Part shown: positions 18,496 through 28,275 of the stretch, piece after piece
How the letters are laid out: every line of letters begins with the position of its first letter
How positions within the stretch are numbered: position 1 is the stretch's first letter
From: Pseudothermotoga sp.
Lineage (GTDB): Bacteria; Thermotogota; Thermotogae; Thermotogales; DSM-5069
Assembly: GCA_031962025.1 (NCBI GenBank)
Contig: JAVRKW010000008.1
DNA length: 64,000 nt
Direction: 5' to 3' (one strand)
Program-made: the position numbers and the translations under genes
The notes under the pieces: model-generated
Told to the model about the DNA's origin: nothing
Database searches by the model: none
What the model saw: only the letters and a program-made list of their open reading frames with translations

Positions 18496-19458
18496 TCATT
18501 GTGCCAAAACTTCGTCCCAGGTTGTGACGGGCCAGGTGGTCTTAAAGAGTTCCTCAATGGCAGGTTTTGCCATATCTCTAATTTTTTGAAGAATCGAAGG
18601 TTCAAGAGTGATTACTTTCATACCATTTTTTTCAAGCTCAGCTATGATGTTACTTTCGTTGTCTTTTATTTTTTGCGTAGCCCATGCGCAGACTTCATCT
18701 ATAATTGTTTCAACAAGCTGCTGGTCATCTTTGGACAATCTTTCATAAGTTGTCCTGTTCATTGTAACCCATCCCACTCCACACAGGTGGTTCGTTAGAG
18801 TGAGATAAGACTGTACTTCGTACAATTTGAAAGACAGTATCTGAGTCAGATCTCCTTCAGATGCCTCTGCTCTCTTCTCTTTAAGTGCCTGATAAAGCTC
18901 TGTCAGAGGCACAGTAACGGGTTTTGCTCCAATTGCCTCCCATATCTTCACCCAGGTTGGTACAACTGGCAGTCTCAATTTAATATCCTTGAGGTCTTCT
19001 AAATCATAGATGGGTTTGTTCGAAGTGAATTGCCTGTAACCACGATAGACCGTCCCGAGGCATATCATATTACCTTTCTCTGCCACCTGAGCTTTTGCCT
19101 TTTGACCAAGAGGACCGTTCCAGACTCTTAAAAAGTGTTCGTAATCTTTGATTATAAAAGGTGCGTTGACAAAAAAATACTGTGGTGCGAACACTTCAAC
19201 AGGACGTCCACCTGTGAATTGAAGATCGACAATACCTTGAGAACACTGGTTGTTCACATCTTCTTCCGAAGCCTGACCGATGATCAGCTCAACACTGATA
19301 CGCCCATTGGTTTGAACTTCGATTTTGTTTTTGAACAGCTCCATGGCATCAGCCAGTACATGACCTTTCTGGAATGGTGTGGAAGCTTTGAGAGTGATCT
19401 GTGCACTGAAGGTAACTATTGAAAAAAGTACCACCAGGACAAAAATACATCTTTTCAT
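18496..19458 (-). CDS. dctP: TRAP transporter substrate-binding protein (DctP family), orphan
   Basis: Signal peptide, GYRQFTSNKPI..DLKDIKLRLP, GAKPV..LTELYQAL, YEVQ.YLTLTNH. Confidence 0.87.
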   Translation of the reverse strand: MKRCIFVLVVLFSIVTFSAQITLKASTPFQKGHVLADAMELFKNKIEVQTNGRISVELIIGQASEEDVNNQCSQGIVDLQFTGGRPVEVFAPQYFFVNAPFIIKDYEHFLRVWNGPLGQKAKAQVAEKGNMICLGTVYRGYRQFTSNKPIYDLEDLKDIKLRLPVVPTWVKIWEAIGAKPVTVPLTELYQALKEKRAEASEGDLTQILSFKLYEVQSYLTLTNHLCGVGWVTMNRTTYERLSKDDQQLVETIIDEVCAWATQKIKDNESNIIAELEKNGMKVITLEPSILQKIRDMAKPAIEELFKTTWPVTTWDEVLAQ

Positions 19459-19516
19459 CTCTAATCCCTCCTACCCAGAAGATTCTCCCAAGATACACCC
19501 CCACACGGCTTGAGGG

Positions 19517-20698
19517 CTAATCGATTTTCACTTTTCTTTGTAGCTGAGCGGAGACATAAGCAGCGTAAATTACCTGGACAGTCTGTTTGGCAAGATCAAA
19601 ACCAGATATGGGTTCTCTGTTCTGGAGTACAGCCAGTGCAAAATCTTTCATTTCCTGAGGATAACCTCTCGTCCAGAATTCATCTGCCGATGGGAAACTG
19701 TAACCCGCCTTGGTTTCAAGTTTTTCACAAATGTACTCATCTTTCCAGACATCTTCACCAGGCGCAAAAGCAATCATAGAATCGTTCGGAGTCATATTGG
19801 CAATGATCATGCCGTTTGACGCGTACAGTTCCATTCTGTTTTTCACACCACCAAGGCTCAGATCTGTTGAAAATATAGTGGCTTTTGAACCATCCTCGAA
19901 ATCGATAACAGCTATCGACCAGTCTTCGACGTCTTCCCAACCCGTTGCAACGTGGCAGGGTCGATTTCTCAGAGTTTCCATCTTCGTGAGGGATGCCACC
20001 TCTCCCATTACTGCAACAGGTTTTATTGGTTTACCATAACGTACAAGCCCCTCAAAATGCTTTATGTGCAATGCAGCACCTATTGGATGAGAGCCAAGCC
20101 TCATCAAACTCCCCCCACCTGATGTTTTCCACTTTCTCGAATAAGATGCCTGTGAACCCGAATGACTGCACTCGGCTCTCAGTTCAAAAACAACTCCATC
20201 CGAAGCTTTGAGCATCTTCTTCATTTTTTCGATCGCAGGTGCATAAACCCAGTTCTCTGCGTACATAAACTTGATTGCGGAATTTTTGAGCCTCTTTTCC
20301 AATAAGCCGATCTTTTCAAGAACCTTTTGATACATCTCTGATTTAGGTATCTCTATTCCCACTCTTTCCAGTTCAGGATGGTCTTCTCCGTAGTAACCGA
20401 GTAAGGGCTTTTCACATATTACATGTTTTCTGTTTTCACACGCACAAAGAATCACCGAATCATGCAAATTTGTAGGAGTACATATATCGACAACATCTAT
20501 TCGATCACTCATACACAATTTTTCAAAATTATCAAATACAAGCGGGATATCATATTGAGCAGCGAATTTTTCTGCATTTTCTCTTCTCGATGCGCAGACA
20601 CCGACGACTTCTATATATGGATAATTCTCTCTAAAAGCAGCCATATGAATCTTCGCTATGAAACCAGCTCCAGCTATTCCTATGCGAACCTTTTCCAC
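19517..20698 (-). CDS. Gfo/Idh/MocA family NAD(P)-dependent oxidoreductase
   Basis: GIAGAGFIA Rossmann motif, HVICEKP, GGGSLMRLGSH. Confidence 0.9.
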   Translation of the reverse strand: MEKVRIGIAGAGFIAKIHMAAFRENYPYIEVVGVCASRRENAEKFAAQYDIPLVFDNFEKLCMSDRIDVVDICTPTNLHDSVILCACENRKHVICEKPLLGYYGEDHPELERVGIEIPKSEMYQKVLEKIGLLEKRLKNSAIKFMYAENWVYAPAIEKMKKMLKASDGVVFELRAECSHSGSQASYSRKWKTSGGGSLMRLGSHPIGAALHIKHFEGLVRYGKPIKPVAVMGEVASLTKMETLRNRPCHVATGWEDVEDWSIAVIDFEDGSKATIFSTDLSLGGVKNRMELYASNGMIIANMTPNDSMIAFAPGEDVWKDEYICEKLETKAGYSFPSADEFWTRGYPQEMKDFALAVLQNREPISGFDLAKQTVQVIYAAYVSAQLQRKVKID

Positions 20699-20709
20699 AA
20701 AAATACCTC

Positions 20710-21807
20710 CTACAAAACGAGAATGTCTGGACGAACGAATCTGGTACCATTAACCTGCAGTTCTATCTTTGGAAATACAAATGGTTTTGTTATCATAACA
20801 GGTCCAGATTCGGTGATTATAAAACCATCTTCTGACTTTGTGCCGCTGATAGTTGGATTCCAGCAGAAAGCCTGATTTTTCCTCACAAGTTCTTCGCAGG
20901 TGGGTGTTACTCTTATATCTCGTGCGTAATATCCCATAGGTCCACCCTGGTGGTGCAATTTCCATTCATCAGGATAACCACGCTTTTTGTATTCTTCGAT
21001 CGCTGTGAGAACAGGTATGTTCATTTTCTCACCGATCTTTGTTTTTTCAATCATTGCACATTCAATTTCAACATTTTGCCTGTACTGATGAAGAAAATTC
21101 TCCGGTATTTTTCCAAAATAAACCATGCGAGTAACAGTTGTGATTAAACCCCTGTATCTGGCATTCACGGAAACCATCACAGATCTCTCGATTTTTTTCA
21201 TCGTCGGAATCGGATGGCGGTACAATTTTGCCCTTTCATCGGCTGCAATCATAAAACCTGTGGGATCTATTCTGTACTTCCACAGTTCTGCGCTGATCCT
21301 TCCGGCAATTTCTGCTTCACTATCACCCGGCTTTGTAAACAACAAAATGCTTTCAAGAGATCTTGAAAGTTTCTCACCAAGATACAGATACCGTTCGATT
21401 TCAGCTTCTGTCAATTCATATCTCAATTTATTCAGATCAGATTCAACGTACTCAAACCCACCGATGGGCGTATCTGAACCAACAGTACCAGTAACTATTT
21501 TTCTCACTATATCTAATTCTTTATTCTCAAACCATTCGTATGAAATCACCTCAAAACCAAGTTCACTTACCTCCTCATCTCTCATCCTGGGCGATTCAAT
21601 ACGGTTTGTTATCACATAACAGTTGTCTTTCGTCACGAGAACAGAAGCAACTCCCATCTCCGTGGCTATCCCGACCATGTTCAGTCCACCGGCGGTTATC
21701 CAGGAAAAATTCGGCTGTTTTCTGAAAAGAACTGCCGGCAAATTCTTTTGCTCGAGAAATTGTCTGACCCTTTTCAACTTGAGAGCGACTTCCTCCAACC
21801 TGTTCAT
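20710..21807 (-). CDS. M24/creatinase-fold (pita-bread) hydrolase with degenerate metal site
   Basis: N-terminal creatinase-like domain; C-terminal YRGLITTVTRM, HHQGG, WNPT, GTKSED segments. Confidence 0.8.
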   Translation of the reverse strand: MNRLEEVALKLKRVRQFLEQKNLPAVLFRKQPNFSWITAGGLNMVGIATEMGVASVLVTKDNCYVITNRIESPRMRDEEVSELGFEVISYEWFENKELDIVRKIVTGTVGSDTPIGGFEYVESDLNKLRYELTEAEIERYLYLGEKLSRSLESILLFTKPGDSEAEIAGRISAELWKYRIDPTGFMIAADERAKLYRHPIPTMKKIERSVMVSVNARYRGLITTVTRMVYFGKIPENFLHQYRQNVEIECAMIEKTKIGEKMNIPVLTAIEEYKKRGYPDEWKLHHQGGPMGYYARDIRVTPTCEELVRKNQAFCWNPTISGTKSEDGFIITESGPVMITKPFVFPKIELQVNGTRFVRPDILVL

Positions 21808-23309
21808 GAACTGACAGCCCCTTTCTTTTTTGAAGATGCATAAGAACCCAGCAAGCTGAACACCACAGACAGCAATGCCAGAATCAGCAATGTCAGCGAT
21901 ATGGGACGTTTAAAAACTATTGTCCAATCGTTCTTTGAAACCAGCAGAGCTCTGTTCAAATTCTGTTCTGCCTCTGGACCAAGAATCATACCAAGTACAA
22001 GCGGCGGCATTGGGAAACCACCTTTCCTCAATAAATACCCTATAACACCAAATATCAGTGCAACAGCCACATCGTAAAGGTTGTTTCTGAGCGAGAAAGA
22101 ACCAACGATACACAGTACTAAAACTATTGGCATCAATATCCTGTCAGGAATTTTCAAAATATTTGGTGCTACAACGATTGAAGCAAAACCAACCATGAGC
22201 ATCAGAAATTGAACAATGAACCAGCCGGCGAATATTGTGTAAATCATATCAGGATTCTGCGAAAACAAAAGAGGACCTGGTCGCACCCCTATGAGTATCA
22301 GTGCGCCTAACATCACTGCGGTAACAGCATCTCCAGGTATGCTCAAAGACAGCATTGGCACCATCGCTCCACCAGTGACTGCATTATTCGCCGTTTCACA
22401 TACAGCGACACCTTCAAGGGCACCCTGACCGAATTTCTCTTTGTTCTTTGACCATCTACGAAGTTCATTGTAAGCAAGAAATGTAGCAATAGTCCCACCC
22501 GTCCCGGGTATCACACCTATGACTGTACCTATCACAATACCAAACAAAATAGGTATCAGAATCGAACGAAACTCTTTCCGATTAAGCCAGAAACCAGCAA
22601 CGGATTTTGTAATCTGCTGTGCCTGTTGTCTTCTCTCAAGTTTATCTATAACCTCTGCGACCGCAAAGACTCCTATCAATACTGGAAGAAATTCAAAACC
22701 ATTCTCCAATTTTGGGATACCAAGAGTCAATCTTTCAGTGCCTCTGATGTTATCAATACCAATCATTGCGAGCAGCAATCCCAATAAACCAGAGATTGCA
22801 CCTTTTAAAAGACTTTTCCCAGATACACTTGCGATGATAGTCAACCCAAAAACAGCCAGCGAAAAATACTCGGCAGGTCCAAACTTCAGTGCCATCCTCG
22901 CGAGAAATGGTGCAAGAAAAACCATACACACTCCACTCGCAATTCCACCAACAAATGACCCAATCAGAGCCGCACTTAAAGCTTTCCCTGCTTTACCCTG
23001 TTGTGCCAGGGGATATCCATCCAGAGCTGTTGCGGCGGCAGAGGGAGTACCCGGCGTTCGAAGTAAAATTGCAGATATAGACCCACCAAACATTGAAGCA
23101 CAGTACATCCCTATAAGCATCAGCAGTGCTACTTTTGGATCAAGATAATAAGTAAAAGGAAGAAGAAGAATTATACCCATCGAAGAAGTTACTCCAGGTA
23201 AAGCACCAACTATTACACCACCAATAACCCCTAAAAGCATTAACATGAAATTCGAAGGCTGCAGAGCGATTTTTATCCCTTCAAGCCAGTAGTTAACCAT
23301 CTCATGCAC
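21804..23309 (-). CDS. tctA: Tripartite tricarboxylate transporter large subunit TctA
   Basis: GALPG, GGSISAILLRTPGTPSAAATALDGYP, ETANNA, LSIPGD motifs. Confidence 0.93.
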   Translation of the reverse strand: MHEMVNYWLEGIKIALQPSNFMLMLLGVIGGVIVGALPGVTSSMGIILLLPFTYYLDPKVALLMLIGMYCASMFGGSISAILLRTPGTPSAAATALDGYPLAQQGKAGKALSAALIGSFVGGIASGVCMVFLAPFLARMALKFGPAEYFSLAVFGLTIIASVSGKSLLKGAISGLLGLLLAMIGIDNIRGTERLTLGIPKLENGFEFLPVLIGVFAVAEVIDKLERRQQAQQITKSVAGFWLNRKEFRSILIPILFGIVIGTVIGVIPGTGGTIATFLAYNELRRWSKNKEKFGQGALEGVAVCETANNAVTGGAMVPMLSLSIPGDAVTAVMLGALILIGVRPGPLLFSQNPDMIYTIFAGWFIVQFLMLMVGFASIVVAPNILKIPDRILMPIVLVLCIVGSFSLRNNLYDVAVALIFGVIGYLLRKGGFPMPPLVLGMILGPEAEQNLNRALLVSKNDWTIVFKRPISLTLLILALLSVVFSLLGSYASSKKKGAVSS

Positions 23310-23312
23310 CTC

Positions 23313-23762
23313 TCAAAAAGAAAAATGAGGCAGAGGAACTTTAAAGATTTCCGAAAAAATGTAATATACAAGAAAAGTCGTGCCGATACTTACAACAATA
23401 TTCAGAAAAAACCTCTTCATACCAAAAATATATGCCGCACTGAAGACAAAAAATGGAGTAAGCCATAAAAAACCTATCACGTCAAGTAGCAGAACATAAA
23501 CAGCAAACAAAACAATCAACGCAATGAATTTTTTCACAAAATCAGGATCAATTCTCCCATCAGAAACTTTCTGTTTTGTAAAAAGGCTTTTGATTATCAA
23601 AGCAACACCACAAATCATCATAGCAATAGTTATGAGTCTTGGAAAATCAGCAGGACTGAGACCTCTTTTCACAGGTTTTATTCCAATTGTACTCAGGAAG
23701 AAAATCAATCCTGTGAGTGTTACTGCTGAGCCAGAAATTAAATCAGACTTCTTAACTGCCAT
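23313..23762 (-). CDS. tctB: Tripartite tricarboxylate transporter small subunit TctB
   Basis: 4-5 TM, P..FP motif, C-terminal F.VPLP; lies between tctC and tctA. Confidence 0.88.
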   Translation of the reverse strand: MAVKKSDLISGSAVTLTGLIFFLSTIGIKPVKRGLSPADFPRLITIAMMICGVALIIKSLFTKQKVSDGRIDPDFVKKFIALIVLFAVYVLLLDVIGFLWLTPFFVFSAAYIFGMKRFFLNIVVSIGTTFLVYYIFSEIFKVPLPHFSF

Positions 23763-23779
23763 GAGTTATCCTCCGACAA

Positions 23780-23801
23780 TCTCCGCCCCGAAGGGCGGAG
23801 A
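23780..23801 (-). terminator. GC-rich stem-loop after tctC (probable mRNA stabiliser)
   Basis: TCTCCGCCC-loop-GGGCGGAGA. Confidence 0.55.
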
Positions 23802-23806
23802 AAGAT

Positions 23807-24775
23807 TCATTTACCATATTTTTCACCGAGTTTCTTTGTTTTCATGAGATTTTCCCAGAACTGATTCTGCTGTCTGACGAAATTCTGGAAAGTTGCAGAG
23901 TCCATGTAAAATAAAACACTACCAAGCTCTTTTGCCTTCGAAACGAACTCCGGATCATCCATGCATTTTTTGAAGATATCATGCAGTGCTTTAATTGTTT
24001 CAAGCGGAGTTCCTCTCTGTACAGCAACGCCGCGCCACATACCTAATCTGAAATCGTAACCCTGTTCGAGGGCAGTTGGTGCATCTGGGAAGACGCTCAA
24101 TCTCGTTGGTCCCATAACGGCAAGAACTCTCAATTGTCCACTCTGGACATTTGTCACTCCCTCTGGAGCGGCAGCCATCACACAATCAACGTGTCCTCCT
24201 ACAAGCGCCGTGACAGCCGGTCCTCCACCATTGTAAGGAACATGCACAAATTTAACACCGACAAAATCTTCAAAAGCAACTGCAACAAGGTGGTTACCAC
24301 CGCCAGCACCACCATTGCCCATGGTAATTGTCTCGGGATCTTTGCGTGCAGCTTCGATCAAATCACTGAGTGTTTTATACGGTGAATCTGCCCTTACCAG
24401 TATGTAACTTGGGTCGTTGACGATGTTAATAACCGGCACAAAATCATCAACGGTGAATTTAACCTCGCTCCAGTGAATCTTGGTTATAATTGGTGTCGCC
24501 AAAGAAAGCAGTGTGTAACCGTCTGGTTTTGCGTTTAAGAACTCCATCGTTCCTGTTACCGCACCAGCACCCGGTACATTGTTGATGACAAGTGGTTGAC
24601 CGTTGGCGTATTTTGGAAAAACCGTTGCTATTGCCCTGAAAAGTACATCAGTTGCCCCACCGGCTGACCACGGGACAATGATAGTCACAGGTTTTGTGGG
24701 AAAATCCGCTGATACTACCATGACAGGGATAAACGCAACAACTAATAAGGCAAGCAAAATCATCCTACTTCTCAT
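23807..24775 (-). CDS. tctC: Tripartite tricarboxylate transporter substrate-binding protein TctC/Bug
   Basis: FPTKPVTIIVPWSAGGATD, NVPGAG, KPDGYTL, HVPYNGGGPA..GGHVD. Confidence 0.92.
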   Translation of the reverse strand: MRSRMILLALLVVAFIPVMVVSADFPTKPVTIIVPWSAGGATDVLFRAIATVFPKYANGQPLVINNVPGAGAVTGTMEFLNAKPDGYTLLSLATPIITKIHWSEVKFTVDDFVPVINIVNDPSYILVRADSPYKTLSDLIEAARKDPETITMGNGGAGGGNHLVAVAFEDFVGVKFVHVPYNGGGPAVTALVGGHVDCVMAAAPEGVTNVQSGQLRVLAVMGPTRLSVFPDAPTALEQGYDFRLGMWRGVAVQRGTPLETIKALHDIFKKCMDDPEFVSKAKELGSVLFYMDSATFQNFVRQQNQFWENLMKTKKLGEKYGK

Positions 24776-25101
24776 ATACTACACCTCCCCCTTAAAAATA
24801 ATTTTTTCTTTACACCAACTATTTTACTATCTGTAAAAGAATTTTATCCAACCAATGTTTCACGTATGCAACCTTGGTATTGTTTATATTACAATAATAT
24901 TACTTAAAAGCAACAAAACTATTACTCCGTAACCTGTGCAAGATCTCAGTCGAATTTACAAAAATGTAGTTTCCACAGAATTTTTTCTGAGTAGAGTCTT
25001 CCGGTTTGAATGAAAAATCACACAAATTGAATGATATAAACTATAATATATTCACCATCAACCCTGAACAGTATTTGTAAAGAATTTTATGTTTTACAAA
25101 G

Positions 25102-25110
25102 TGGTATACT
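25102..25110 (+). promoter_or_regulatory. Extended -10 promoter element for the pilus operon
   Basis: TGgTATACT 22 nt upstream of the pilC ATG. Confidence 0.45.
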
Positions 25111-25132
25111 ATATGACAAAGAAGGTGGCTGC

Positions 25133-26326
25133 ATGGCTTTTTATAAATACACCGCCGTCGATAAAACCGGCAAGAGAGTAAAGGGTGTTTTAGAAGCCGA
25201 TAGTGAATCTCAAGTCATAGATTTGCTGAAAAAAAGGCAGTATGCTGTTTTAAAAGTCGAACGTGCAAGCTCAAGGAAAGAACATGTGTTCTTCGGTATA
25301 TCACTTGCCGAACTTGTGATCTTCTCAAGACAGCTTTCAACAATGGTCGGTGCTGGTGTGAGAATAAAAGATGCACTGGCAATACTTTCAAACCAGATGG
25401 TTTTCTCAGGTAGATTTCGAAAAATCATCACACACCTTGTTATCTCACTGGAAACCGGTTCGACTTTCTCTGAGGCTTTGAGGAATGAGAAAGTCTTTGA
25501 TTCGATTTTCATAAACCTGGTTTCTGCGGGCGAAGAAGGTGGAGTTTTAGACAAATCACTCGAAAAAGCAGCTGATTTTTATGAATCTTCTAAACGTTTA
25601 CAGGATGAAGTTAAATCAGCCATGGCTTATCCAATATTCGTCCTGATATTCGCAATAGGTGTGATATTTATAATATCCTTTTATATACTGCCAAGATTGA
25701 TCAGTGCCTTTGGAACCATTCCGACTTCAGGTATCATAAACTTTCTCATCAAAACCAACAGGTTTTTGAGCACCCACTGGCTTGGCTCAATAATAACGGT
25801 TGCTCTTGTAGCTGTGGGATTGACGATTTTTATGAGGACAAGGTTTTCAGCTTATGTGAAAGAATTCCTTTCAAATCTATTTCCGCCAGCCGCTAAATTG
25901 CGAAAGATGATGGGTATTGAGCGCTTTTGCAGAGTGCTCTCCGTGCTAACAGGCAGCGGTGTTTTACTGACAAAAGCCGTTGAGATGGCTGCCGCGGCTT
26001 CAAACAGTCCACGAATCATAAATAAAAGCAAGCAGGTGAGCGAGAGAGTCAAAGAAGGTGCCAGTTTGAGACAGGCAATGATAGAAGCGGGAATCTTTCC
26101 TCAAATTGTCTATGAACTGGTAGGCACGGGAGAAGAAACGGGAAAACTCGAGGAAGTGCTCGCAAAGGTCGCTGATTTCTATGAGGATCAGTTAAGGGTT
26201 GGTGTGAAGAAACTGGTGTCTTTGATCGAACCGATGCTGATCGCCGGAGTTGGCGGATTCATAGCCTTTATGGCTTTCACGATGTACAGCACCATCTTTC
26301 AATTGCAGCAGACAATTGGAAGGTGA
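25133..26326 (+). CDS. pilC: Type IV pilus/T2SS inner-membrane platform protein (PilC/GspF)
   Basis: FYKYTAVDKTGKRVKG.LEA, two GspF repeats (AGEEGG.L / GEETGKLEEVL), EP.LI. Confidence 0.92.
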   Translation: MAFYKYTAVDKTGKRVKGVLEADSESQVIDLLKKRQYAVLKVERASSRKEHVFFGISLAELVIFSRQLSTMVGAGVRIKDALAILSNQMVFSGRFRKIITHLVISLETGSTFSEALRNEKVFDSIFINLVSAGEEGGVLDKSLEKAADFYESSKRLQDEVKSAMAYPIFVLIFAIGVIFIISFYILPRLISAFGTIPTSGIINFLIKTNRFLSTHWLGSIITVALVAVGLTIFMRTRFSAYVKEFLSNLFPPAAKLRKMMGIERFCRVLSVLTGSGVLLTKAVEMAAAASNSPRIINKSKQVSERVKEGASLRQAMIEAGIFPQIVYELVGTGEETGKLEEVLAKVADFYEDQLRVGVKKLVSLIEPMLIAGVGGFIAFMAFTMYSTIFQLQQTIGR

Positions 26327-26332
26327 GCGCAT

Positions 26333-26734
26333 TTGTTAATAGAAACGCTCATCAAAATCATCGTGGTTCTTGGTTTCATATGCTCTATGCTTTACAGTCT
26401 TTTCTGGATAGACAAGATAAAAAATGAAGTTCAACCTTATTACATCAAATGTACCGTTTTCAAAGCTTTAGAATGGGTGGACGGTGAGATACCAGGAGCA
26501 GTAACAGTTGGACAACATGAAAAAGGTGTTAGAATCAGAGCAGTTCCAATCAAGAGTGAAAGACAGGCAAAATCACTTTCAATTCAAATAGACAGCCGTG
26601 TATCAGTAAAGGGAAAAGACAATCTGGCTATAGAACTTTCACCAAACGGTGTTCTGAGAGCAGGAACTGTTGAAGCATCTGACTGGACAATCACATTTCC
26701 ACCTGTTGTGGCAAAGATAAATGTAAAGAGGTGA
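26333..26734 (+). CDS. Pilin-like/pseudopilin-like protein
   Basis: N-terminal LIE plus hydrophobic helix; lies in the pilus operon; no canonical prepilin leader. Confidence 0.45.
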   Translation: MLIETLIKIIVVLGFICSMLYSLFWIDKIKNEVQPYYIKCTVFKALEWVDGEIPGAVTVGQHEKGVRIRAVPIKSERQAKSLSIQIDSRVSVKGKDNLAIELSPNGVLRAGTVEASDWTITFPPVVAKINVKR

Positions 26735-26738
26735 TTGA

Positions 26739-27725
26739 ATGCAAATATTCCACAAAATGATCACAGCGATAGATATAACAAGCCGCTATGTGGCGGTTGC
26801 AAGAGGCAGAAAATCCAGGGGTATTTTGTCCTTAATACAGAGCTTTTACAAAGATCTCAAAAAAGATGAAAATCCATCTGAAGTACTCACAGAATTTGCT
26901 AAAAAGATCAAACCTGATGTCGAAGACATCGTTACTGTGAATTTTCCAAATGAAAGTCTACTTTTCTACACCATAGACATACCACCAGCCCTTGCACCGA
27001 AAGAAGATAGAGATTATGCTCGAACTGAAGTTTCAAGATTGTTGAATCTACCAGCTAATGAAATTACTGTGGAAACGATCAGAAACACATTGAACAAGAT
27101 GCTCGTTGTGGTTTCAAGAAATAAAGACATAAATGAAACTGTTTCCACAGTCGCTCAGGCAGGTTTTACGGAGCCAGATGTCGTCTTACCCGACCTATTT
27201 AAATATCTCCAGATACTCCAACTGCCTACCAATTCCACATCTGTTCTATTGCTTTTCACCCCTGAGTACGGTGCGGTTGTGATATTCATATCAAAAGTTC
27301 CTGTGGCAGTCAGAAGTTTTGCATACTCAACGTGGGAAGTGACAGATATCATCTTGGAAGAAACCGGTATTACACAGGAAGATATCTACAAAAAGGCGGA
27401 TGTATTGAACGAATCAAATATTTCATCTCTAGCAAATTCATTATTGGCAGATCTACCTTACACTGTGGAGCGCGAGATAATATTTCTATTGAACACCGTG
27501 TTGTCCGACACATCTATAAGAGAAGTGTCTAATTTCTATGTTCTGTGCGATCCACCGGCATTGGCTGAATTTTACGTGAGAGCTTTTAACCAGTTTGAAT
27601 CCTTCCAGGGTAAGGTTGAAACTGCCAAGTTTTCTGTAAAATTTGATCAGGTGGGAATCGGTGTACTTGGGCTTCTTGTGAGGGGTGGTGCTGAGTTTGG
27701 AAAAAATAAACTTGTACAGGCGTAA
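26739..27725 (+). CDS. PilM-like actin-fold assembly protein
   Basis: N-terminal AIDITSRYV motif; position before PilN/O/P/Q-like genes. Confidence 0.6.
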   Translation: MQIFHKMITAIDITSRYVAVARGRKSRGILSLIQSFYKDLKKDENPSEVLTEFAKKIKPDVEDIVTVNFPNESLLFYTIDIPPALAPKEDRDYARTEVSRLLNLPANEITVETIRNTLNKMLVVVSRNKDINETVSTVAQAGFTEPDVVLPDLFKYLQILQLPTNSTSVLLLFTPEYGAVVIFISKVPVAVRSFAYSTWEVTDIILEETGITQEDIYKKADVLNESNISSLANSLLADLPYTVEREIIFLLNTVLSDTSIREVSNFYVLCDPPALAEFYVRAFNQFESFQGKVETAKFSVKFDQVGIGVLGLLVRGGAEFGKNKLVQA

Positions 27726-28275
27726 AAGGCAGATACTGAAATTTTCGTCCTTTCTCGTATTATTGATAGCGCTCCTTGCTCCGGTTTTTGCGGTCAGATT
27801 CACCAGCGAATTTTACAAAAAATCCGTGATAGATTCTCTCAAATCACAGCACAGCTATGTACTGCAAAAGTACAAAATCGAGTTGAGTGTACCTGAAATA
27901 AAAAACCAACTGAACAATGTGATCACTCAAAATCAAAATCTCTACACTTTGAGCAGAAAACTGCAGGACAGAATAGACTTACTTGAAACCCACATGGTAA
28001 AATATTCCAACAGCAGCAGCCACATAAAGGAAGTATTGAGCCTGTGGAACAAGGATCAAAAAGACTGGATGATGCTTTCACAGATGGTCTTTGACGGGCA
28101 GTTTTTGCTCACAATCTACGAACTGTACCAACCAAGCTTACAGCCAACAGCTGAGAAACTTTCCCAGAAGTTGATTGACCTTGGTTACAAAGTTGACAGA
28201 TTGGTGGAATACAACACTTCGATGAGCTTTTTGTCAATGCAGCTTATGAAAATCACTGTTCAGGGCAGGCGATGA
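27685..28275 (+). CDS. PilN-like bitopic protein
   Basis: INL + basic + single TM + coiled coil; operon position. Confidence 0.5.
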   Translation: MVLSLEKINLYRRKRQILKFSSFLVLLIALLAPVFAVRFTSEFYKKSVIDSLKSQHSYVLQKYKIELSVPEIKNQLNNVITQNQNLYTLSRKLQDRIDLLETHMVKYSNSSSHIKEVLSLWNKDQKDWMMLSQMVFDGQFLLTIYELYQPSLQPTAEKLSQKLIDLGYKVDRLVEYNTSMSFLSMQLMKITVQGRR

